A DNA stretch of 64,000 nucleotides, taken from positions 434,001-498,000 of the forward strand of contig JAKMXF010000133.1 of assembly GCA_024704765.1 (NCBI GenBank), written 5' to 3'. The notes under the pieces are model-generated. The model saw only the letters and a list, made by a program, of their open reading frames with translations, was not told where the DNA came from and made no database searches. Positions within the stretch are counted from its first letter, which is position 1, and every line of letters begins with the position of its first letter. The position numbers and the translations under genes were made by a program. Origin of the DNA: Oopsacas minuta (Eukaryota > Animalia > Porifera). Positions 32,801 to 44,800 of this stretch are shown here, piece after piece.

Positions 32801-35800
32801 CATTCTACTCCAAACCATGTCTGCTAACATTTGTTTTATCCGATTATTAACCATCGAATCTTCACTCAATAGAATGTATTACAGTCTATTGGATATCTGC
32901 TAATATGTATCTCTATTATGTTCTGAGGTTCTATGCTGAATGGAATAATTACATTATAATTATCTCGTATTTAACATTCCAACTATACGTCGCGTCGTTT
33001 AATGTTCTACCGTCCTTCTGTTCATTTATTAGTTGGCTTGAAGCAACCTTGCATTAGGATTTACAGAATGTGTAATTCTGAACTGAAGACTGATATGATC
33101 ATCTAGATACTGTTATTTTTGTGTTTACTCTCTTAATTCTTTGTTTACGATTTGTTTGCTGCTCTGTTGTCGTTCTGAAATGTTTACTCTACCCTCTTGA
33201 ACTCGGAAATCGTATAACAGTTATAAATAGTTGGGAGAATAATATCATATTATACAAGGAAATTAGATATTTTAACCAATTCCTTAACTACAAGTTAACT
33301 TACCAGTTTCCCTTATATGTTATTGTATTGTATTGTAAATTTAGCCAAAGATAAAAATGAAAGATCCAGACTCTGCATTGGGAATATCACTAGCAACATC
33401 ACTTCCAGCCAATTTGTTTCGTAACTATTATCAGTGTGCTTCTACAGCAGATCTAACTACAAATCTTGATCGACCCTCCCAACCTATGGCACACGGACAA
33501 AGTTCATACTCTATTTCACCCAGCTGTTCTCAAGTATTTGGATTCCAATCTATTTCCCCTAACAACATACCAAAGAGATCAAATATTAAGAAATACAGAC
33601 GGAAACTTTGTTCATCTACTCCAGACCTGCTGCAATTACAGAGAATGGATGAGGTAATTATATGAATAATTATTATAGGATATTATAATTATGGACTTTA
33701 TGTTAATTGTAACAAAGTTTAGTCCCTTATCAATATTGCAATGAGGTAAGAAAGGTCAATTTATGATAGCCTGATAGTACATGCCAACAGTATGTTCCTA
33801 CTGAGAAGAGGATTGTTAATCTATTAAAGTTCGGAATTATTTTTATATCCCTCCCTCCCTCAGTGATTAAAAGTATGAGAATATAAGGTTCAATTTGTAT
33901 CTTTAAGAATATCTACATAGAGCCACCTATTCCATCATGTGAATGAACTTCTCATAAATTTGGACATTATTGCCAAACTACATTTATGTAAATTTGGTTA
34001 TTAAGAATAATAGAAAGTTTTAGAATTATTTCTAATCGTCACTTTAAGTTCACTCATGTAAATTATCCTTATGACATCTACGTAGCTTGAGGTCAGTATA
34101 ATTCATAGCAAATAATTGTATTATTCAGCTATGTCATTAATTGTAGACACAAATATTGTTGTTTATGAATTTAAAATATCATATCCGTAATTTGTTGGGT
34201 TAAGTATTTCTCCTCTCCCAGAGCAATATTCTTATTTGAAGACAAAAGTACTACACTTATAATTTGACCACATTATTCTTACGAATAAGTTATTATTGTT
34301 TATTATCGTATTTTAATGTAATTTTAGGCTGAACTTTCTCTTACGCCAAGAGCCTCAAAGTAAGTTGTGTGTGTTGTATGGTAATTATAAGTTTATCAAA
34401 TGTATTAACGTCTAACTAATTATTCACCTTTCAAAGTTGAAAGGTGAATTAGTAATTCACCAGAAAATTGAGAATATTTTTGCATAGAAGCATATGAACA
34501 ATATTTTTTATGTATTTTGTTGCAGAAGTGTCTAGCAATCAAACAACTGTTCATTGACTAAGTTCGATTTATTTCACTGTAATTCATCTAGTATTAATTG
34601 CTAGTACATTTACGTATTCTCTTTCTAGCTATTCGTTACGACCTTCTAGCGTATACAGACCACAAGGACATTCACACAGTAAGTAACTTATAGTTGCTAG
34701 CAATTAAATTACGAGCACGAATCTCATAACGACTTCCTGATCTGTCCAGAATTTAAATCAAAATCGTGTTAGTTCATTGAGAATCTATGTTGATTTATTC
34801 ATTTTTACAGGTTTCTCACAGCGTAATCCCAATCCCACCAACAGTCTTGCCATCTGTCCCTTCCAATTTAATAACAGGTACATATTGTATAAATTGGTTA
34901 CTCCGCATAATCTCTCAACTGTCTGTGTATCTTCTAGTCGTTATACAGATCAATTTCGTAGATGGTCTGCTACGTCATCAGGCTATAACACTGCTTCTCC
35001 TGCCTCAGTATCTGTGAGTTATAACTTTACCTATTACAAATATTACAAATATTACACTAGTATAATATTTTATCGATTATTTTTATAGACATCATCTTCT
35101 TATGAAAAACTAAATTATGTGAGTTCTGAATATCCCACAACAAATATCTTCACATATTATGACGTATGTATAATTACAATTTTATTTGTTAGACTTCAAC
35201 CAACCATCAAGAATATGAACCTACCAGCACACGGCATTGGCGGTAAGATATTCTCTATTTTAATACTTTTCTGAACTAAAATTCGTTCCTATTCTGTTGT
35301 TAGTAAAAAACTTAAAGAATAATTATTTGTTTTATTAGCAGGACCGATAGCATGGGTTCAGAAGATGACTTCCATTTCAAGTATCGATCTCTAAGATCTC
35401 TGAGGTGACTATCGCTAACCTTATTTGCTATATATTAAGATATTAATAGCTGTTTCCAGTTTATCTATAGACTATACCCAACCATTGATAAGTTAATGTG
35501 CAGGGTCACACAGCTAAAATAGATGTGTGTATTCTGATGCTTAATTAGGTGAAGTATAAATGAGTATATTGCTTGAACCTTGCCACTGAAGGAATTTAAT
35601 CTCCCGCTAGTCGAAGCTACAAGTATGTGTAGAATGTTTGTGTCAGTTAAGCATGATAAACACAAATTACCAATGGACATTACCGAAAAGATAATTATTT
35701 CATTAGTTGAGATCACAGATCTCACTCTTTGATCCACAAAATAATAATCACAAGGGAATTCACTCCATTATTTAAATCAGGATTATATTATTGAAATCAT

Positions 35801-38800
35801 TCAGTCAAAGTTTTATCATCCCTGTAGAGAGAATATAAATATAATATATGTCTATCCGCTTAAATTCTATAATGTTTTACCTGATAGCATATACAGTTCT
35901 TATTATGTCTGGGTTAGTACATGGCTACTCGTCGGGGCCTCCTACTAGTGTGTGTCGCTCTTTAGCACCTGATACGTCTGCTTCTGGGCATAACGCTATG
36001 CCTCTTAGCTCTAATATTCCATACGCCCTTACGGTTGTTAACTCACCACATCGCACATACCATGAGGAACAAACAATAATACTCGAATTGTCTGATCCCG
36101 GGAAGAAGAGTTTTGTGGGATTCATGGTACAAGGTCGTGATGTCAATGGGGAGCCAGTTGGTTCGTTTGTACGTCAATCCCAGTATCAACGACTCATGCA
36201 TTGTCCAGGCGTAATAGGCAATAGTATTTCGCATTATAACCTAGCGGATAAACATTTCACTTCTCAGGAATTGGTCTGGACTGCTATCGGTACTAAGAAG
36301 AGTAACGTAACATTCTTCTATACAGTAGTGCATGAAATGGATGAGTATTGGGTATTTGCGAGAGGTCCTTCTTTATATTTTGTGTCTAACGCAATTACAC
36401 TGTCTATTTGTAATCTCTTGTTATACTCTATGGTGATAATTCTCTGTAGTATAATTATGTAGCTAACCTAGTAGAGAACTAATAAATAAGAAATAACTTT
36501 GGTAGTATTAAATAAAATTATATTCATAATTGTATTCCTTCCTACTGCCATTTATAATGTATTATTCTGTATTATAATTTTGGATTATTATTTATTGATT
36601 CTCTGCTTCATTTCTAAGAAAAAACATTTAACTAAAACACAAGTTACGTACAATTTATCATATCATCAGTTGGTTTTTATTTTCTTATCTCTCTATAGTC
36701 CAGATTCTTCTATTGGATATCAGCCACTAGATCAAACTACAATATGGGATACATTCAAAGCAAACTTCCCACATGTAAGCGATAACAATAATATAATGGG
36801 ATAGACTTGTTTATTTTATTGTTATTAGGCACAACAACAAATGCAGGATCAACTCCATGAATATATTAAGAATGTGAATAGTGACGACAAGATAGAAACT
36901 TTCTCCAAAAATCAAGTAAGCTACAGTGATCTCTAATTACATGCAAAAAGTTATATTCTTTATCTTTGTAGTTAGTAGAGTTAGCTCTAAATATAATCGA
37001 GGCATCTGATACTAATCAGCTGACGAGTACATTCTTCTTTGCTATCTCAAAGGATCTTGCTGATATTCTCCACAGGGTAAGAAAAAATGTTTAAATACAC
37101 ATAACACGTCATGAATTAATTATTTATTATCATAGATTGTTGCCAAGTATTGCACTGGAAATGAAACATCTCCTGTAATATCAGTAATCAAACAGCTCTA
37201 TTGTATTGTTAGCAGACCAGCTAGACTCCTAGAATGCATGGTATGTTATTTTTGACAATTAATTCTGATCATTTTACTGTTTGATTTGCATTCAATATAC
37301 TAATGCCCCAAGGGAAAGACCACTATAATTCTGCTCATTATGAAACTCAATACATTTTTCTTATCATTTGTAGATACTTTTCCCTTACATTTATTTTGTA
37401 AGCAACTTAGCATATACAAATTTCAATTATACAATTCTGTATATGATTTTAAGCATTTTTAATATTCGTCCGATTTCTGTAATTTACTAATTGTCAACAC
37501 AGTTATATTCGGTAGGAAATAGCAAAAAGGACATATCCATTTAATCACTAATATAAAAAGAGGAAAATTATCAAATTTCTATATCAATAATAATGAAGTT
37601 ATCTTATCTATCGTTCTTCTTTATCTTGCCTGCTTTATATGCAAGTTCTAATCACGATTTCAATGATCTCGTTAGTAGTCAATGCAAAGGTAATGAATCT
37701 TGTGTAATTCACATACCCCCACATACTTATAGAATTTCGAGCACTGTGTTACTGTCTGGCTACTCAAATGTTACAATTATCGGGCATGATAAAGGCTCTA
37801 CAGTATGTTTCGCTTCCACAAGTATAACTCATATTGCAATCCATAATGTCGATAAGGTTGTTGTTGGAAACGTGCACTTCGTAGGTTGCAATGATGAACA
37901 AGAGGACCAAATTATAACACCTCATTCATATGCTATAACCGCGAATAATAGCATTGGGCTAATCATATCATCATGTAATATAGTTCAGGTCTTGGACTCA
38001 AAATTTTCAAACTTTTCTGGCAGCTTACTGAAGATATTTTATTCCCAAAACGTCTCCATTTTGAACTGTCGATTTGAAGGTAACGGAAATTTCCATTTTA
38101 CTCAAGGAATTTTGTACTCTACTCCGCACGTGAATAGCTCTACCCTAATGATCACGGATTGTACTTTTGTAAATTTAAATGCGCGCAGTTACACAAAATA
38201 TAATTATTCAGTCTCATTACTGGATAATGATCCTCATTACATACAGGGTGCAGGTATTTACCTTTTGTTAGTCAATGACAGAGATGTTTTGGTAGAGATA
38301 GAAAACTCTACGTTTATCAATTGTTCTGCAGTAAAGGGAGGAGGTATATTCGCAAAGGCTCTCTCTAATCGCTCACAATATGTCGTTAATGTGCGTAATT
38401 CCAATTTCCTTAATAATAGAGCTAATGCTTTGGAAAACAATGGAATATTCGCGGTATTTGGTGGTGCTATTGCCTTTTTAGCTATGGATCCAGACAACAT
38501 TGAAATAAGAATAGAAAATACTAATTTTACAGGTAATTATGCCTATCGAGGACAAGGTGGAGCTATTTTAATGCATTTCTATGATAAATCAGACACTGTC
38601 AATTCATCTTTGTTGTTGACTATTAATAACAGTATATTTCTCAAGAATTCTGCACATACCGGTGGCGCTATATATTTTCAAGGTCGTGATATTCACTACC
38701 CAAACAATATTCATAAGTTTAACAGGTTATTGATCGATTCCAGCCATTTCCAGACGAATTTTGCAGTATTTGCCGGTGCTGTGTTTGTCAGTGGTAATCG

Positions 38801-41800
38801 AATATACCTGAATTCCAATAACACATTCAGAAACAATAGTGCTTCAAATAATGGAGGGGTTTTTCTGCTAACTCAAGCTCAATTGATTTTGAACGGTAGC
38901 AATCTTATGGAGAGAAATCAAGCAGGAATATTTGGTGGTGCTATTTACCTAAAATATTCAAAGATAATCCTTTCACGATACAACCAATCTTCTTTTATTC
39001 GATCTAACTTGGCACAAGTTCGTGGTGGTGGTGTCTATGTGGAAAATAATCTTTTACTGCCTGTACATATGTTCGATTACACTTCTCATAGTCAATGTTT
39101 TATACAACCTGACTCAAACTCATCATCTAATGCAAAGTACTCTATTATCTTTTCTAATAATTCCGTATCACTTTTGAAGTCTCATCCAAACATTTGTCTG
39201 GGTAATGATATATACGTTAAAACTATGGAATATTGCTCTGAATTCATTGATGATTCCTTCTCTCTCAATGCTACAGTTCATTTGTTCAAGAGTTTGGGAA
39301 TTCATTTAAATTCTTCTGTAAACTGCTCGATTACTACTGACGTGTCTAGAATTCATTTTGATTTGGAGCCAATGTGTAAGATAAGCGGTACAGATTTAAA
39401 CTTTAACTGCAGTACAAACTTCGATCAAACAGCTTTTCAGGATTACGTTCACCGAATCAAGAAATTTATAAGAAACACATCATTGAATGATACAACAATT
39501 AACCTAGTATTTCCAGGATATATTTCTACATTTGTGATACATCTTGAAGACGAATTCAATCAGTCGACGACCTTTTGTGTGGATGTTAGCTTATCCCCAT
39601 CAATAGCAGAAAATAACTTGCCTGTATCGCATATAGAGATATTCCCTACACCGACTTGTTGGCAGCCCCTGAATAGCTATAAAGTTCTGTTCACTCATCG
39701 TGATGTAGAGTATAACAATGAAATCGTAGACATGTGTGTGTCGACAAGTTCAATACCTCCTCTATTCAGTTGTACTAAACTACTCGTAGCAAAATGTCCT
39801 AGCGGCTTCAAATTCCAATCCGGTATGTGTTACCCTGATGGTGATAATAAATATTTGAATAAATTATTTGAAAACAAAGTCTACACAGATATAAGTTACA
39901 ACAATGGTAGTTCTATCCCTGATGTAGCGAAAGTTAAGATTCCTCAAGATTTCCCAGTAATAATTTACACAACTAATGGAACGCATGATAAATTTGTTCT
40001 TGGAGAATGTAAATACTTTAAGTGCAGAAATTTGAACATGCAGGTGAACCTATTGAATCCGTATCACCAGTGTAAGGATAAACTCACAGGACCATATTGT
40101 ACACAATGTTCCGATAGCACTCCTCAAGCAAGGAAATTGCTTATTCCACCCGTTTCAATTTTAAGAATATTTACTAATAACGATCCCTGCTATACTTGTA
40201 GATTTCCGTGGATTTGGATACCTCTCTATCTGATAATTACAGTTGCTATCACGGTAATCGTCCTCTCCCTACGCATTGACATATTCAATGACTATACACG
40301 TAGTATTGCGTTTTATTCCAGTATCCTCTATCTGTATGTTGTTAGTTGTGGTCCTATGACTGATGGCCATCTGTTCGATCTGATAGGGTTTATTTTGAGT
40401 TTAAGTAATTTGCTTGTATCACAAAACTTACCGTTTTGTATGTCGCAGAATGAAAATGAGATAGATAACGTTACTTCTTTTGACAATTTGAATCCATTTG
40501 TTTATGGTATTTACTTGACCGTTGTGTATCTTCTTTTCCATAAAATTCCTTACCTGCATCGTTATAATCTTGGAAGAGATATCCTCTTTCCCATGTGGAC
40601 ACTCTTCATTCTAACTTACAGTAATCTGTGTGTTGGAGTATTTGTACCTTTTCAATGTAATATGCAGCATAAGTGGATCTATCATGGAGAAAAGTTATGT
40701 AGAAATGATAACTTCTTTAGCTATTCAGCTTTCATTGTAGCAACTATCATCGTTCCTATCCCTGTTATGCTTATTTTCTACTCTTACCAGTCGAGAGAAA
40801 AAAGAATTCATTTGACTGAAAATTATGAAAAACGTTTCAGGTCCGGTTTTAAGCTCTGGGAAGTGATGAAACTCTTTTCTCGTTTTTTCATTGCATTTAT
40901 TTTCCCTCTCCCATACATTATGCCTGGCTTAGTACGGATATTACCTTTTGATTCTTGTATCGTTGTGTCTCTTATTTGTCTGTTGTTGCTTGTAATAAAT
41001 TCGCTATGTCAACCAGCTACTAATCATCTCGCAAACCATTTTGAATCATTCTGCCTCTTCATCCTGTCTACTCTTGGGATTTTCAATATATCTCATGGTA
41101 CTGTATGGGGCCATACAACCCCAGCTTTATTTGTACTATCTCCTTTTGTGTTGTTTGGCATTATTAAGTTGTATGAGCCAATTTTGAAAACTATTCGCAG
41201 AATCTCAACATTTTTGAAAGAGAAAAATCGAAGAAGATAGTTGCTTGTTTGATATAATATCTAAGCTAATTAATATATTAATTATTGTTACTATTATCTT
41301 GCTGTAAAATTGCATATTTATTTATGTGATATTATTAATAATAATAATAAAATAATGTTAAGTTTCTGTATTAATATTTACTCAGTTTTACTTACATATC
41401 TAACATTCTTATCATTAGGAGTTTGATGTTGAGGCATATTCCAACTCATTTAACAATGATATAGATTTAGTAAAGCGTAGAATGTGTGAGGACGATCTCG
41501 TCCCGTATATTATGCGACAGCTTAATTCTGATCTGAGTAAGTTATGGATAAACTTGTCACCTCAAAAATCTGTGTATTTATCCCATGTTTCTTGTATAGC
41601 TATAGTTGAAGAGAAAACTCAGAGCGAAAAAGCTGATAAAGTGAGTTGATAGCATTTTGTTGTATACATACGTACTATACGTATATACAAACTTGTTTAT
41701 TTATTTATTTCCAGGCTCAGGAAGCTAAACAACCCTGTGAATCAGATTTCACTGCAATTAAAACAATTTCTAAAGGAGCTTACGGGTAAGTAACCTAGAT

Positions 41801-44800
41801 GTATATACTAGATGTATATACTAGATGTATATACTTAGTTAGAAGTGCAATGAATATTTTAATATTTCCAATTTTAGGATTGTACTACTAGTCCGTTATA
41901 AAGGCACTAATAGAAAGTTTGCTATGAAGAAGATCAGCAAACAGAGGATGGTTCAGAAGAAATTAGTTCCTCAAGTTTATGCAGAGAGAGACATACTTAG
42001 TCTAGCTGAGAATCCATTCATAGTATCTCTTCTCTGCACATTCAGTACTAAGGTAAACCTGAATTCCATAATTATTGTATTAATTCATTTATAACCTCTA
42101 CAATTTCCACAAGGCCCCGGATTGTGGAAGTTACACTATAGGTATTTACAATATTTCTTATATCTAGAAACACTACTGTCTTGTTATGGAGTATGTAGAG
42201 GGTGGAGATGTAGCTAGCCTCATAGAGAAGGTAGGAACTCTCCCTGTAGACATGGCACGTATGTACTTCAGTGAAGCTGTGTTAGCATTAGAATATGTGC
42301 ACAGTTATGGAATAGTACATAGAGACCTCAAACCAGACAAGTAAGTAATATTTTAATAGCTAAATATATCGTATCTGCGTGTATATAGCTGTATGCTTTG
42401 TAGTATGCTGATTACCTCAGAGGGACATATCAAGCTAACTGATTTTGGTCTCTCAAAGATTGGACTTGTAACATGTAAGTATATGAATAATACTCTATAT
42501 TTCAGCGGTCCAACTTTTCACCAATGGACCTCTATACCGAACTTAACACATACTGTGGACCACTCCCATATACTGCAATAAAACTTTGAGATCTTGTGGA
42601 CTGTTGGGACGCTGCTCTATTTATTATTTATGTTTTAACTATTATATTCACAGTTACTGCTACACTACTTGAAGACAATATAAGGTCTCGATTGACCGAG
42701 AATCACTTCAAAGAGTCTACAGTGTGGGGTACACCTGATTACATAGCTCCTGAGGTTATCCTAGGACTAGAGTATGATAAAGCTGTAGATTGGTGGTCTA
42801 TGGGAGTTATTCTTTATGAAATGTTGGAATACTTCAAACCATTCAAAGCAAATACTGTAGATGAATTATTCGATATTATCACTAATGGTAAGTTAATACA
42901 CATTAAATTCTATTAATAATATATTATCAACATCATTATTTATTTAGAAGCTTATGAACTAACCTGGGTAGATGAAGAACTGGTTGAGAGACCACCGAAA
43001 GCCGCAGAAGACCTGATTAAGAAATTGTTAACCTACCAGCCGAAGAAGAGATTAGGCAGTACTGAACAAGGAGGTAGGTGTTACATACTGTGCTATTCGA
43101 TAGAAGCGGGTATTACTATATATCTGTTGTGTTTAATATAACGGAAGTTGATTGTATCTATTAATTATTGTATTCAGGAATTGAAGCAGTGAAGTCACAT
43201 CCTTTCTTCAATGGACTAGATTGGAACAATCTGCTTAGAATCAAAGCTGAATTTGTCCCTCAACTAGAAGGGGAATACGACACGTCTTATTTTGACAGTA
43301 AGTTACTTGTAGTATAGCATATATCTAGCTAGCTATGTGTTTATATGCTATTATTATAGCACGAGAAGAAAGATACCCAGATGATTACGAGAGTGATGTG
43401 GGAGAGGAAGAGACGACTGGAGAACCAGGCTATACCCGCTTCGCTACAACCTCAATCAGATTCTCTAGACTGCTTGAGAATGAAGATTTGGATGAGTATG
43501 GGGATCTCACGATAGCACCTTGTCCCCCCAGCTACCCCAAACAGGAGTCTAAGGGTTTGATTGACTCCCCCAGTGAGAAGAGTCTCCCGGACCTCATGAT
43601 ACTCTCTGACAAAGATGATGAAAAATCTACTGAGGATGAAGGGTAAATACAATATTCGCAATTATCGCGGTCCATTGAGCTTCGATATAACGGGAGTCGA
43701 CTGGATCTCGCCTAAAGCAAAGCTAGCTAGATAATCCTGTCAAAATCCAATTATTTTATTAACTATGAAGTCGTAATATTCAAATACATACTACACACGT
43801 AAAACGATCTTGAACTATAACTCAATAATCATTTGATAATACCTAATATACACACAGGTTAAAGCATGTTGATGACGAAGAACTCGTAAAGCTCTTATCT
43901 CCCTCTAACCAGAGGCCTGACTCTCTATTTCCATGCAATACACCAACAGACTCAGAACAAGACATACACTCTCTAGACATCATATATCTACCTCGCACAT
44001 CTAAAGCTAATAACATAGCTATGTTGTCTGCTTCAGAACCTGAGCTATCATATGTTTGTCCTGAGTCTAATACTACAGATCTTGATAGAGGTAATATTAT
44101 ACTATCTTATACATGATTGCTAAACCTCTCGAGATCTATGGATTATTCGGAGATTTGTGTATGACATGTGATTTAATTATTTTATTAGTTGATGAAATCG
44201 AACCTCCTGTTCGGTACCGCTCACACACCAAGAGTACCTCTTCCACTCAACTCGAGGAGATGACACTCAAACCTCACCCTCCTGTCACATTCAGTTCTAA
44301 GAGTCCAAGACTAAAGAGACGTCCTCGCGTCAGTAAATCTAAACCCAGTAATATCCCCAGTCCATCGTCTCCTCATTGTCAGAGACGCCGTTTCTCTGAT
44401 GACATTCACTCCAAACAAATAGAAGTGGAGAAGTGTCAGAACGAATTCGGGTTTGCAGTTAGAGGTATTCGTGTGTACATGAAGAACTCAAACAACTTTC
44501 AGACAGATCATTTGGCTACGGTATGAAAAATTCAAAATACAGTGGATGCCGGTTATAAGAACCCCCTTGGGAGTAGCAATACATGTTCTTATAACGAACA
44601 TAAAGTATAGAGAAATATATGTGAACCGTTTTCAAGAGGATAGTGCTTTTATCCAACAAGTTCTTATATCCAGTGTTCATATAGCCAGCATCCACTGTAC
44701 ACTTAATTTATCCATATATTATTTACTGAATTTCTCTCTGCAGAGAATAGTAGAAGGCGGACCAGCTGATGGGGGAGGTCTAAAGGAGAACGATCTCATA

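Noticed and set aside
34415-34453. 13-bp perfect hairpin in a MAST intron, with similar palindromes at ~8074 and ~42104
   Set aside because: Short, AT-rich and isolated, with no TSD or RNA-gene features.
44546-44742. N-terminal part of the 382-aa ORF at 44546 and the end of ORF 3096-3428 (GYKNPLG)
   Set aside because: These are open frames through intronic family A MITEs; the true MAST exon starts at ~44743.
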